Shown one piece after another: positions 1-10,015 of a stretch of DNA of 64,000 nt. Origin of the DNA: an uncultured Porphyromonadaceae bacterium. Lineage in GTDB: Bacteria; Bacteroidota; Bacteroidia; Bacteroidales; Muribaculaceae. Position 1 is the first letter of the stretch; each line of letters begins with the position of its first letter. The position numbers and the translations under genes are program-made. Under the pieces are notes generated by a model that was not told the DNA's origin, did not search any database, and worked only from the letters and a program-made list of their open reading frames with translations. The DNA lies in NCBI GenBank assembly GCA_902491625.1, contig CABUIO010000009.1:1412-65411 (forward strand). The letters run 5' to 3'.

Positions 1-32
1 CACGATTTGGGTGTAAAATTGGGTGTAGATGC

Positions 33-60
33 AATAAAAGCCTGAGAATCAGGCTTTATT
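33..60 (-). terminator. Intrinsic terminator hairpin downstream of tRNA-Ser
   Basis: AATAAAAGCCTGAGAATCAGGCTTTATT is an inverted repeat with A/T tails, directly 3' of the tRNA. Confidence 0.7.
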
Positions 61-61
61 G

Positions 62-150
62 CGGAGAGGACGAGATTCGAACTCGTGGAAGGAATTGCTC
101 CCTTCGTCGGTTTAGCAAACCGGTGGTTTCAGCCACTCACCCACCTCTCC
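62..150 (-). tRNA. tRNA-Ser(GCT)
   Basis: Reverse complement reads GGAGAGGTGGGTGAGTGGCTGAAACCACCGGTTTGCTAAACCG...GAGTTCGAATCTCGTCCTCTCCG: acceptor stem, GCT anticodon, long variable arm, TTCGAAT T-loop. Confidence 0.95.
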
Positions 151-207
151 TTTCAAGGTTATGTCGCAAAAGCCTCGCGCCTACAGGCTCGGTGGCTTTT
201 GCGTGTG

Positions 208-215
208 CAAAGTTA
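208..215 (-). promoter_or_regulatory. Bacteroidetes -7 promoter element for tRNA-Ser
   Basis: TAACTTTG on the minus strand matches TAnnTTTG, upstream of the tRNA. Confidence 0.6.
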
Positions 216-477
216 AGACGTTTTTTCTTTGTTTGCAAATTTTCGCGAGTTTTTTTGCCGATTTTATCTGACGTCAGGTCTCGTGATTCTCATAACATAC
301 TATCTGTCACTACTTTCACTTTCCGACTCTGTTACACTTCTTATTCGGCCGCGAGACTTTTCAATCTGTTTTTTCTTTGTCGCGACACTTTTAAGGTACA
401 AGCTTTTTTATTAATTTTGCGTGGCGAAATGGCAGCGTTACGATTTTTACTGTCCATTTCCATAATTCGCTTTTATT

Positions 478-1473
478 ATGTCAGAAAATTCTATCGCTCC
501 ATTATCGGATGGCGAGCTGGATTCGCTCGTCGACCGTATCATAAATGAGGGTTACCGTATATCGCGTGCCGAAGCCGATGCTTTGGCTGCACATAAGGAT
601 CTTGATTCACTGTGCGACGCAGCCGATCGCCTCACGACGTCGCTCGTGGGTCGCGAGGTGGACAGCTGCAGCATTGTGAACGCCCGCAGCGGGCTTTGCG
701 GCGAGGATTGCAAATGGTGCGCTCAGGCGAGCCGCCATCACACAGGTTGCTCGACCTACAATATCATCGACACCGAGGAGGCCATGGCCGCAGCACATGC
801 CAACGAGACGGCCGGAGTGAAGCGTTTCTCGCTTGTCACGAGCGGCAAGCGCGTGACAGACAAAGATCTGCCCGCATTCTGCGAACTTTACCGCCGTCTT
901 GGCGAGGAGACGAACCTTTATCTTTGTGCCTCGATGGGACTTCTGTCGCGGGAGCAGCTTGATGAGCTGAGCAATGCAGGAGTGAAGCGCTATCATTGCA
1001 ACCTTGAGACTTCCGAGTCGTTCTTCCCCCGACTTTGCACATCCCACACTCAGGAAGAAAAAAAGCGCACCATCCGCGCGGCACGCGAGGCCGGAATGGC
1101 GATCTGTTCCGGAGGCATCATCGGCATGGGCGAGAGCATGGCTGACCGTCTGGATCTTGCCTTCGAGCTTCGCGAGTTAGACGTGGATTCAGTGCCAATC
1201 AACATCCTGAATCCCATAAAGGGCACTCCGCTGGAGAATCAGCCTCTGATAAGCGAGGAGGAAGTGATCCGCACCGTGGCTCTGTTCAGATTCATACTTC
1301 CCGACAAGACCCTGCGTTTCGCCGGTGGCCGGGCACGCCTGAGCCACAAGAGCATGGTGCGCATACTTCGCGGAGGTATGAACGGCGCCCTGATGGGCGA
1401 TCTGCTCACTTCTGTGGGCAATGGTGTTAACGAGGACCGTCAGCTTTTTGCCGACGCAGATATGAAATACTGA
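478..1473 (+). CDS. bioB: Biotin synthase (radical SAM)
   Basis: CGEDCKWCAQ (CxxxCxxC), YHCNLETS, CSGGIIGMGE and RFAGGR motifs. Confidence 0.95.
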   Translation: MSENSIAPLSDGELDSLVDRIINEGYRISRAEADALAAHKDLDSLCDAADRLTTSLVGREVDSCSIVNARSGLCGEDCKWCAQASRHHTGCSTYNIIDTEEAMAAAHANETAGVKRFSLVTSGKRVTDKDLPAFCELYRRLGEETNLYLCASMGLLSREQLDELSNAGVKRYHCNLETSESFFPRLCTSHTQEEKKRTIRAAREAGMAICSGGIIGMGESMADRLDLAFELRELDVDSVPINILNPIKGTPLENQPLISEEEVIRTVALFRFILPDKTLRFAGGRARLSHKSMVRILRGGMNGALMGDLLTSVGNGVNEDRQLFADADMKY

Positions 1474-2135
1474 TGAATCTACCCGAACTCAACGAGAAAA
1501 ACCGCGACAACGGCAGCATAGAGCTTCCGGAGCCTTCGCTGCGCCGTCTGCCCTGGTATCTGGCCTACGTCGACATCCTGCGCCAGACGGGAGCGGAGAC
1601 AGTGTCTTCGACCCAGATATCGCGGGCGCTCAATGTCGATCCGTCGCAGATCGCCAAGGATCTATCGCTTCTCAACATCAAAGGCAAGACGCGCATCGGC
1701 TACGACATAGCCGACCTGTCGTCGGCCCTTTCGGAGTTTCTCGGCTTCCGCAAGCGCCACAAGGCGTTCGTGATGGGCTGCGGCAGCCTTGGCTCGGCGC
1801 TGATGCAGGACAAGGGATTGTCGAACTACGGACTGGAAATCGTGGCCGGATTCGACATACGCACCGACCTTGCAGGGAAGAAAGTCAGCGGTGTGCCGAT
1901 GTATCTTATCGGCGACATGCGGCGCATCCAGGAAGAGGAGCAGGCCAGCATAGGCATTCTTACCGTGCCCGCAGTAAAAGCCCAGGAAGCCGCTGACTTC
2001 ATGGTGGCCGCCGGCCTGAAAGCCATATGGAATTTCACACCCTACCGCATCCGGGTGAGGGAGGGAATCGTGAAAGCCAACACCTCAATCTACGCACATC
2101 TCGCATTGATTTACAACCGCTTAGCCAATATCTGA
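1473..2135 (+). CDS. rex: Redox-sensing transcriptional repressor Rex
   Basis: RRLPWYL...SQIAKDLS...GKTRIGY wHTH, GCGSLG Rossmann motif and AIWNFTP. Overlaps the bioB stop (TGATG). Confidence 0.93.
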   Translation: MNLPELNEKNRDNGSIELPEPSLRRLPWYLAYVDILRQTGAETVSSTQISRALNVDPSQIAKDLSLLNIKGKTRIGYDIADLSSALSEFLGFRKRHKAFVMGCGSLGSALMQDKGLSNYGLEIVAGFDIRTDLAGKKVSGVPMYLIGDMRRIQEEEQASIGILTVPAVKAQEAADFMVAAGLKAIWNFTPYRIRVREGIVKANTSIYAHLALIYNRLANI

Positions 2136-2142
2136 CATTACC

Positions 2143-2772
2143 GTGAAGATCATTGCCACCGACAACAACTACGGACTGCGCGAGGAAAGCGGCCATCCGG
2201 CATGGTATCTCCTCACGCACAGCTGTCTGCAACGCGACAACAAGCCGCTTTACGTGCCCGACTGGGATGCGGATTTCCGTCTGTTCCCCTCCATGGCGGT
2301 GCGCATCGACAGACTCGGCAAATCAATAGCGGAGCGTTTCGCATACAGGTATTGGGATCACTGGAGTTTCGGATTCAGCCTGCGCGGTGTCGACACTCTG
2401 CGCCGTCTCCGCGAGCAAGGATTTCCGCAGGGGGAGGCATTGGCATTTGACTGCAGCGCCATCATCGCCCCGGAATGGCTTGAAGTCGACCGCACTTCGC
2501 TCCTCTCGACAGAATTTTCAATCACAGATGGTGATAACGAAATCTGCTGCTGGAAATATTCCTCTCTCGCTCTGGGCGCCGACGCACTTATAGAGCATCT
2601 GAGCCGCAGGATGACCTTCAAGACAGGCGACATTCTCTACCTCGGATTTCCCTCGGAAGGCATTCCTTTGCAGAAGGATATGAAAATTATTGTTAATAAG
2701 AAGATTAACTCAGAAACCGATACAATTTTTGACAAGATTTCGGGTTTTAACATAAAGACATACCCTAACTAA
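2143..2772 (+). CDS. Fumarylacetoacetate hydrolase family protein (degenerate active site)
   Basis: RIDRLGKSIAERFAYRY, FDCSA and TFKTGDILYLG resemble Bacteroidales FAH-family proteins; follows rex. GTG start. Confidence 0.7.
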   Translation: MKIIATDNNYGLREESGHPAWYLLTHSCLQRDNKPLYVPDWDADFRLFPSMAVRIDRLGKSIAERFAYRYWDHWSFGFSLRGVDTLRRLREQGFPQGEALAFDCSAIIAPEWLEVDRTSLLSTEFSITDGDNEICCWKYSSLALGADALIEHLSRRMTFKTGDILYLGFPSEGIPLQKDMKIIVNKKINSETDTIFDKISGFNIKTYPN

Positions 2773-2795
2773 CGTTAACCAGCCTAACAGAATAT

Positions 2796-5700
2796 ATGTT
2801 GATCAACATAAAAAGAATACTATCACTGCGTGCCGGTGCCGCGTTGCTCACCGCTGCCGCCGCCCAAACCGCATTTTCCGGCCACGGCATGACATTTACC
2901 GCCACCAGTCCCCTGAGCGAAGGCAACTGGGTGAAGGTCGGAGTGAACGGCGCCGGTGTGTGCCGCATCAGCTACGACGAGCTGCGCGACATGGGGTTCG
3001 GTAATCCTGAGAGCGTGGCAGTGTTCGGCCGCGGCGCAGACATGTTCGACGGCGACTTCAAGGATGGCGAGGGCAACGACATATACAGCGACAAGCTTCA
3101 GGCCGTCAGCACCATGCACCGTAACAACGCCATCTATTTCTACAGCCGCGGTCCCGTGAAGCTGCAATACACTGAAAATGGCGTCGACCGTGTGAGCAAC
3201 AACGTCTACACCACCAAGGCATATTATTTCCTCACTGACACAGGCAAGGACGCCTCCCTCATCACAGCTCCCGTTTCCACAAACGCTCCTGCTCCGGATA
3301 AAAGCTACTCCACTGCACTTGGCTATCAGCTTTTCGAGGAGGACAATCTCTATCCATTCCATACCGGCGAGGAATTCTTCGGCTGGGATCTGAAGTCCGC
3401 TCCCGGCGGCAAGGTGTCGCTTACCTACAGTCTGCCCGGCGCTATCGCCGGAAGCGACGTAAAATTAGCCTGCAAGGGAGTTGCCAAGATTGTCGGTCCC
3501 GATGCAATGGTGTTCAGCCTCAAGTCCGGCGAAACCACCAATGAGATAGGGAAAATGAACTTCATGAATCTTGCCACCGACGCCTACTACAGCTATTCCG
3601 GCAACGGCAGCTCCGTGTTCCTTTCCGGCAAGCTTCCCGGCGCCGAGGGGGAGCTTATCGTGAGCGATCAGTATCCGGCACGTTCAACCTTCTCCGCCCT
3701 GGACTACGTGGTCGTGACAGCACCGCGCAGTCTGGCTATGCAGGAGGGAGAGAAATGGTTTGAGGTCTACACACCCGACTATACCGCCGCGGCAGGTCCG
3801 GTTGCCATCGCGTCGGCTCCGGCCGACCTCGTGGTCTGGGACGTGGCCGACTCCAATGATGTCATAGCCCTCCCCTACACTATTGACGAAGCCGGTACCG
3901 CCTACGTTTCCGGTCTCCGCGAAAACAAACGCCAAGGCACACTCGTGGCGTTCTCCGCTTCCGCGCCACTGCTCGGCATTGACAGCTACAAGCGTGTCGA
4001 GAACCAGAACCTTCACTCCATCGCGGCCGGAGAGATCCCCGCGATGCTCATCATCACCACATCCGAACTCAAGGCAGAGGCCGAACGGCTGGCCGCCATA
4101 CATAAGAATTATCAGAACGAGCATGTAGCCGTGGCCGTAAGCGAGCAGATCATCAACGAGTTCACTCAGGGAACTCCCGACCCGATGGCCTACAAGGCTC
4201 TCGTGAGGATGATCTACGACGCGGACAACGCCGACAGCCGTACATTCGGCTCCGTTCTTCTACTTGGCGCCATGCGCGCCGACAACCGCGGCATCGATAC
4301 TCCGCTCCCCGACTATCCGCTGCTCATTTGCAAGGAAACAACACAGAGCGACGCCGTAACCAATTCTTTCACCATCCCCGACTTCTATGTGCAGATGGCC
4401 AACCATTACGGTGACGACAAATCCGGCAACAACTATTTCACCCGCACGCAGGATCTGGCCGTAGGCGTCATTCCGGCCGAATCGCCCGAAGTGGCGCGTC
4501 TATACGTCAACAAGATCGAGGCTTGGCTCAACGACACATCCGTCGCCTCATGGCTTGGCACCGTGATATACACCGCCGACGGCTCGAATGAGAACGAACA
4601 CATCAGCGAGAGCGAACTTGCGGCCATCAGCTGGAACGATATCGACAATGCCTTCACCGCCAACAAGCTCTACAACAATGCATATCCGGATTCCGAGATC
4701 CGCCCTCATTTCCTACGCACCATCGAAAGCGGAACCCTCTGGAGCAACTATCTCGGCCACGCTTCCAACCGCGGACTTAACACGCTTCTCTGGGACAAAG
4801 GCGACTTCAAGAAACTCACTAACGACCGCCTCGGTTTCATCTATCTCGGCGGCTGCTCGATCTCCGACTTCGAACACGGCGCCCGCGGCTCCGGCGAGGA
4901 GATGATCCTCTCCACGCCCCACGGAGTCATGGGCGGCATCATGTCCAACCGCACCACACTCTCCACCTCCAACTTCCTGCTGCTCTGCGACCTCATCAAG
5001 GCCGCCCTCAAGGAGAGTCCTTTCGGAGCCTCAGCCTCCGACGCGCTGCTGAGTTCACCCCGCACATTCGGAGAGATCACACGTATGGCCATGAACGCCA
5101 ACACCCGAGGCAACTCCAACAAGCTTGCCTACGTGCTGATGTGCGATCCCGCGCTACGCTCGCTGATGCCCTCCGCCTCCATATCGCTTAAGATCGACGG
5201 CAAAGCCGCCGCAGGAGACGTGGAAGTCTATCCCGGCAGCGAAATCACCCTTTCAGGATCCATCGACACACGCGACGGCAAACTGATCGACGGCTTCAAC
5301 GGCGAGCTTTACGCCAAGCTCTACGCTCCGGGCATCGTGATGCCGACACGCACTGTCGGCGACTCAAAGTCTATCGACATCCTCCACGACAACATCCTGA
5401 TGGCAACAGTGCCCCTTGAAGTGACAGACGGACGATTCTCCGGCACATTCCGCATCCCCGAGGGCATAGGCGAGCCGGGAAGCAAGCTGACGCTCCGCCT
5501 CACGGCCTTCGATTTCGAGACGCGGCGCACCGCCACCGCATCGCAAAGCCTCGTTTCGCTTCCTTTCACCGAAGGCAAATCCGAGGTCGACAACGAGAAC
5601 CCCGTAATTGAGAAATTCTATGCCGACAGTCCGTCGTTCAACTCCGGAGACGCCGTCGGTCCGGATCCGGTGCTCTTCGCCGTCATAACCGACAACGCCG

Positions 5701-6245
5701 GCATGAATCCCGGCGGCCACTCCGCAGACACGGCGTTCAGCCTCAGCATCGACGGCAGAATCGCCGACACCAACATATCCCAATTCGTCACACTCAGCGA
5801 CGAAGGTCGTCAGCTCAGTCTGCGCTATCCGCTGAAAGGACTTGTATGCGGCATGCACACCGCCGCCATCAAGGCGTTTGACAATTCAGGCAATTCCTGC
5901 GCATCCGTGATTCAGTTCAACGTGCAGCCGGCCGTTCCTTCGATGACCTCTCTGGCCGTCGAGTCCTCGCTCGTGCGCGACAAAGTCACCGTCACCGCCT
6001 CCACGCCGTCCGATGCCGGATACACTCCGGCGGAAGCCATACTCATCATCACCGACGCACTCGGCAACATGGTGAAGACGATTGCCATGGCCTCGGACTC
6101 GGCTGACTGGGACGTGACAAGCGCCGACGGCAAACGTGTGGCTGAAGGTGTCTACTACGCACGCTGCCGCTTCATCACCGCGAGCGGCGCCGCAGGCGTC
6201 ACCGAGCCGACACGCCTCGTTGTCATCCGCGACAAAAACAAATAA
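2796..6245 (+). CDS. PorU-like T9SS sortase / C25 peptidase (divergent paralog)
   Basis: Signal peptide, [12 protein letters not shown]-terminus, [22 protein letters not shown]...GGCS His/Cys dyad, DNAG/AFDNSGN Ig region and CTD-like tail ([11 protein letters not shown]). Confidence 0.8.
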   Translation: MLINIKRILSLRAGAALLTAAAAQTAFSGHGMTFTATSPLSEGNWVKVGVNGAGVCRISYDELRDMGFGNPESVAVFGRGADMFDGDFKDGEGNDIYSDKLQAVSTMHRNNAIYFYSRGPVKLQYTENGVDRVSNNVYTTKAYYFLTDTGKDASLITAPVSTNAPAPDKSYSTALGYQLFEEDNLYPFHTGEEFFGWDLKSAPGGKVSLTYSLPGAIAGSDVKLACKGVAKIVGPDAMVFSLKSGETTNEIGKMNFMNLATDAYYSYSGNGSSVFLSGKLPGAEGELIVSDQYPARSTFSALDYVVVTAPRSLAMQEGEKWFEVYTPDYTAAAGPVAIASAPADLVVWDVADSNDVIALPYTIDEAGTAYVSGLRENKRQGTLVAFSASAPLLGIDSYKRVENQNLHSIAAGEIPAMLIITTSELKAEAERLAAIHKNYQNEHVAVAVSEQIINEFTQGTPDPMAYKALVRMIYDADNADSRTFGSVLLLGAMRADNRGIDTPLPDYPLLICKETTQSDAVTNSFTIPDFYVQMANHYGDDKSGNNYFTRTQDLAVGVIPAESPEVARLYVNKIEAWLNDTSVASWLGTVIYTADGSNENEHISESELAAISWNDIDNAFTANKLYNNAYPDSEIRPHFLRTIESGTLWSNYLGHASNRGLNTLLWDKGDFKKLTNDRLGFIYLGGCSISDFEHGARGSGEEMILSTPHGVMGGIMSNRTTLSTSNFLLLCDLIKAALKESPFGASASDALLSSPRTFGEITRMAMNANTRGNSNKLAYVLMCDPALRSLMPSASISLKIDGKAAAGDVEVYPGSEITLSGSIDTRDGKLIDGFNGELYAKLYAPGIVMPTRTVGDSKSIDILHDNILMATVPLEVTDGRFSGTFRIPEGIGEPGSKLTLRLTAFDFETRRTATASQSLVSLPFTEGKSEVDNENPVIEKFYADSPSFNSGDAVGPDPVLFAVITDNAGMNPGGHSADTAFSLSIDGRIADTNISQFVTLSDEGRQLSLRYPLKGLVCGMHTAAIKAFDNSGNSCASVIQFNVQPAVPSMTSLAVESSLVRDKVTVTASTPSDAGYTPAEAILIITDALGNMVKTIAMASDSADWDVTSADGKRVAEGVYYARCRFITASGAAGVTEPTRLVVIRDKNK

Positions 6246-6286
6246 AACGACACCCCACATTCAGGTCATCCATATCAACTGTCAAA

Positions 6287-8293
6287 ATGAGCGACACAAC
6301 CGACATCTTCACTTCTGCAGCGGGAGCCGCACCGCAGGCTTCCGCATCGGCCTACGATGAAAGCGCCATCATATCCCTCGAATGGAACGAGCACATACGC
6401 CGCCGTCCCGGCATGTATATCGGCAAGTTAGGCGACGGATCGCATCCGGAAGACGGCATCTACGTGCTTATGAAGGAGGTCATCGACAACTCCATCGACG
6501 AATACAATATGGGGGCAGGCACCAAGGTGGAGATCACGGTCGAAAACAACACCGTGACAGTGCGCGACTATGGCCGAGGAATCCCGCTGGGAAAGGTGAA
6601 GGAGGTTTCGAGCGACATCAACACCGGCGGCAAATTCGACTCCAAGAATTTCCAGAAATCCGTCGGCCTCAACGGCGTCGGCCTCAAAGCCGTCAACGCA
6701 CTCTCGACGACCTGCGTCGTCCGAAGCTACCGCGACGGCAAATATGTGGAGGCACGCTACTCCAAAGGTAACCTCGTAGAGCTTACCGAACCGCAGGACA
6801 CCGGCGAAGCCAACGGCACATTCGTCAGCTTCACCCCCGACCCGCTCCTCTTCCGCGACTACAGCTTCAATCCGGAGTATGTGGAGACCATGGTCAACAA
6901 CTACACTTATCTGAACACCGGACTCGCCGTCTATCTCAACGGACGCCGCTACATATCGCGCCACGGTCTCCTCGACCTCCTTAAGGAGAACATGAACACC
7001 TCTCCGCTCTATCCCATCATCCAGCTAAAGGGCGAAGACATCGAGATCGTCCTCACCCACACAGAGCAATACGGCGAGGAATACTACTCCTTCGTCAACG
7101 GCCAGCACACCACGCAGGGTGGAACACACCTAACGGCCTTCCGAGAGTGGGTGTCGCGCACCATCAAGGAGTATTTCGGCAAGGGTTTCGAGTATTCCGA
7201 CATCCGCAACGGAATGGTGGCCGCCGTCAGCGTGCGCATCCAGGAGCCTGTATTCGAGTCGCAGACCAAGACACGCCTCGGCAGCAAGGAGATTGCTCCC
7301 GGCAGCCCCGTGACCGTCAACAAGTTCATCGGCGATTTCGTCAAGAAAGAGCTTGACGACTACCTCCACAAGAATCTGGACACCGCCGACGTGATGCTCC
7401 ACAAGATCCAGCGTTCCGAGCGCGACCGCAAGGCACTCTCCGGAGTCACCAAAATTGCCCGCGAGAGAGCCAAGAAAGTGAGCCTCCACAACCGCAAGCT
7501 GCGCGACTGCTCCGTCCACTACAACGACACGGTGAAGGCAAATTCAAAAGTCCCCGACCGCCGCGAGGAGACAAGCATCTTCATCACCGAGGGCGACTCC
7601 GCGACCGGAACGATCACAAAGGCACGCGACGCCGCCACCCAGGCCGTCTTCTCCCTGCGAGGCAAGCCGCTCAACAGCTACGGACTTACGCAGAAGGTCG
7701 TCTACGAGAATGAGGAATTCAACCTCCTGCAGGCCGCGCTTGACATCGAGGACGGCATCGAGAGCCTCCGCTACAACAAGGTCATCATCGCCACCGATGC
7801 CGATGTCGACGGAATGCACATACGTCTGCTCGTCATCACGTTCTTCCTGCAATTCTTCCCCGACCTTATCAAGAAAGGGCATGTCTACATACTCCAGACG
7901 CCCCTCTTCCGCGTGCGCAACAAGAAGGCCACGCGCCGCAAGAAATCGCGCCGCAGCGCCGGAGATCCGACAAAGGCGATCGGCAACTCCAAAGCTGACG
8001 TAACACCGGAAGAGAAAGACACGATCTATTGCTACACCGACGAGGAACGTGTGGCCGCCATAGCCCATTTCGGAAAGGACGCCGAGATCACACGATTCAA
8101 AGGTCTCGGAGAAATCAACGTCGAGGAGTTTCAGGAATTCATCGGCCCCGACATGCGCCTCGACCCCGTGACGCTAAAGCGCGACGACGCCGTGGAACGC
8201 CTTCTGGAATTCTACATGGGAAAGAACACAATGAACCGCCAGAACTTCATCATCGACAACCTCGTGGTCGAGGACGACTCTCAGATCTCATGA
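6287..8293 (+). CDS. parE: DNA topoisomerase IV subunit B
   Basis: [48 protein letters not shown] and TRFKGLGE motifs; Bacteroidetes ParE type. Confidence 0.92.
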   Translation: MSDTTDIFTSAAGAAPQASASAYDESAIISLEWNEHIRRRPGMYIGKLGDGSHPEDGIYVLMKEVIDNSIDEYNMGAGTKVEITVENNTVTVRDYGRGIPLGKVKEVSSDINTGGKFDSKNFQKSVGLNGVGLKAVNALSTTCVVRSYRDGKYVEARYSKGNLVELTEPQDTGEANGTFVSFTPDPLLFRDYSFNPEYVETMVNNYTYLNTGLAVYLNGRRYISRHGLLDLLKENMNTSPLYPIIQLKGEDIEIVLTHTEQYGEEYYSFVNGQHTTQGGTHLTAFREWVSRTIKEYFGKGFEYSDIRNGMVAAVSVRIQEPVFESQTKTRLGSKEIAPGSPVTVNKFIGDFVKKELDDYLHKNLDTADVMLHKIQRSERDRKALSGVTKIARERAKKVSLHNRKLRDCSVHYNDTVKANSKVPDRREETSIFITEGDSATGTITKARDAATQAVFSLRGKPLNSYGLTQKVVYENEEFNLLQAALDIEDGIESLRYNKVIIATDADVDGMHIRLLVITFFLQFFPDLIKKGHVYILQTPLFRVRNKKATRRKKSRRSAGDPTKAIGNSKADVTPEEKDTIYCYTDEERVAAIAHFGKDAEITRFKGLGEINVEEFQEFIGPDMRLDPVTLKRDDAVERLLEFYMGKNTMNRQNFIIDNLVVEDDSQIS

Positions 8294-8730
8294 GCAAGAC
8301 ATTCTACGCCGGGACGTTCAATCCCTTCACCATAGGCCACAAATCAATCGTGGACCGCGCACTCGCCATCTTCGACACTGTGACGATCGGTGTCGGCTAC
8401 AACGTCCGCAAGCCCGAGTCGAAAGAAGATGCCGACCGCCGCGCCGACGCCATCCGCGAACTCTTTGCCAAGGAACCGCGTGTGGAGGTAGTGTGCTACG
8501 GCACACTGACCACCGAAGCCGCCAAGGCTGCCGGAGCCGACTCGCTGCTGCGCGGAGTGCGCAACTGCACCGACTTCGAATACGAGCGCAGCATCGCAGA
8601 AGTGAACCGCCGCCTTTCCGGCCTCGACACAATCCTCCTCTTCTCCCTTCCCGAACACGACTGCATCAGCTCAAGTATGGTTCGCGAACTCCAGGCCTTC
8701 GGCGCCGACACCACCCCCTACCTTCCCTGA
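8290..8730 (+). CDS. coaD: Phosphopantetheine adenylyltransferase
   Basis: ATG at 8290 overlaps the parE stop; [22 protein letters not shown] and ISSSMVRE motifs. Confidence 0.93.
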   Translation: MSKTFYAGTFNPFTIGHKSIVDRALAIFDTVTIGVGYNVRKPESKEDADRRADAIRELFAKEPRVEVVCYGTLTTEAAKAAGADSLLRGVRNCTDFEYERSIAEVNRRLSGLDTILLFSLPEHDCISSSMVRELQAFGADTTPYLP

Positions 8731-8774
8731 ACCCACGCCGCAAAGCGATTGTTGATTTTAAGGAAAACTTTAAT

Positions 8775-8782
8775 TAACTTCG
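8775..8782 (+). promoter_or_regulatory. Putative -7 promoter variant for the three-gene module
   Basis: TAACTTCG, one mismatch from TAnnTTTG, lies 17 nt upstream of ATG 8799. Confidence 0.4.
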
Positions 8783-8798
8783 CGGCAAAGAATCAATT

Positions 8799-9038
8799 AT
8801 GGCAAAGAAAATGAGTCCTGCGAATATCACTCTTGACGTCACACACTATCTTGTGATGTGTATAGGCATGTTTGCCAGACAGTACAATATCACCCTTCGG
8901 GAAGCGTACAATTATGTGTCCCGCTTCATGGGATTGCAGTTCGTCATAGACAATTACGAAGCCGAACATCAGCTGTCGCTACAGGACTGTGTAGACGACA
9001 TGTACGCTATATGCCGTAAAAACGGAGGAGAGTTGTAA
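8799..9038 (+). CDS. DUF3791-family small helical protein (putative antitoxin)
   Basis: CIGMFARQYNIT..EAYNY...FVIDNYEAEHQLS pattern; translationally coupled to the DUF3990 gene. Confidence 0.7.
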   Translation: MAKKMSPANITLDVTHYLVMCIGMFARQYNITLREAYNYVSRFMGLQFVIDNYEAEHQLSLQDCVDDMYAICRKNGGEL

Positions 9039-9511
9039 TGAGGCTATACCACGGATCAAATGGACCTATTGAAAGTGTTGACATTTCCAAAGGCCGGAAA
9101 TACAAGGATTTTGGTCAGGGATTCTACACTACGCATCTCAGGGATCAAGCTGAGTTCTGGTCAGTGCGCATTGCAAGACGATTTGGAGGCTCTCCCACAA
9201 TTACTGAATTTGACTTCAACTTAGATGACGCAATAAAAGCTGGTCTCAACGTCAAGATTTTTGAGAATCCCGACAGAGAATGGGCGGAATTCGTGATGGC
9301 GAACAGAAGACGAACCGGCAAAGAATTCAAACATGACTATGACATAGTGATCGGTCCGGTAGCCAATGACAACATGGCCCGTCTATTTGGTCTTTACGAC
9401 ATGAGGATGCTTGATCTCGATGCTGTAGTTGCCGGCTTGATTTACAAGAATCTCAATTCACAATATTTTTTCGCCACAAAGCGTTCACTTGACTTTCTCA
9501 GAAAGATATGA
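9038..9511 (+). CDS. DUF3990-family protein (ADP-ribosyltransferase-like fold, putative toxin)
   Basis: MRLYHGS, KDFGQGFYTT, EWAEFV..NR, YDIVIGPVAND and QYFF motifs. Confidence 0.8.
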   Translation: MRLYHGSNGPIESVDISKGRKYKDFGQGFYTTHLRDQAEFWSVRIARRFGGSPTITEFDFNLDDAIKAGLNVKIFENPDREWAEFVMANRRRTGKEFKHDYDIVIGPVANDNMARLFGLYDMRMLDLDAVVAGLIYKNLNSQYFFATKRSLDFLRKI

Positions 9512-9750
9512 CACCCCCCAACGACAACTTTATTTTCCTGCAGGAATATATCACGGCCCAGATCGTGGATTGGATTGCCTCTGAGAAGAAGCTTGACCTT
9601 GATGAGGCGATGCGCATTTTCTTCAACTCCGAGACATTCGAGGCGCTCAGCAACCCGGATACAGGAATGTACATTGAAAGTCCCGGGTACATTTATGGGA
9701 TTCTACAGGAAGAACTTCGACGCGGCACAATCCATGGCATCACGGAATAG
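9508..9750 (+). CDS. DUF3791-like small protein
   Basis: EAMRIFFNSETFEALSNPDTGMYIESPGYIY pattern typical of genes downstream of DUF3990; ATGA overlap. Confidence 0.65.
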   Translation: MTPPNDNFIFLQEYITAQIVDWIASEKKLDLDEAMRIFFNSETFEALSNPDTGMYIESPGYIYGILQEELRRGTIHGITE

Positions 9751-10015
9751 ATTTCTCTTAGATTAGGAACTGCGTCGAGAATGCCGGGCTGAAAGTCCAG
9801 CCGGGTTGCCTGTCCACGGCCTGAAGCATGACTGTCTTCTTTACGACCTCTTGCTTCAGTTTCATTTTAGCGACCCTTTCCTTTATCTTCGTCGAATGCG
9901 GCGGGGATTTTGTGTTTGGAGATGCGGGGATTTTTGCTTAATTTTGTGACTTGTCAGTTTGACGGCGGATTTTGTGTCGCCGAAACATGACCTTTTCTCA
10001 AAACAAGTTCAGAAA

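Noticed and set aside
123..548. ORFs of 141 and 61 aa upstream of bioB
   Set aside because: They overlap the tRNA and divergent promoter region, are Phe/Arg-rich and low complexity, and look non-coding.
9760..9950. Hairpins in the intergenic region after the DUF3791 cassette
   Set aside because: Only short stems (CTGAAGCA/TGCTTCAG) with no recognisable riboswitch or repeat; insufficient support.
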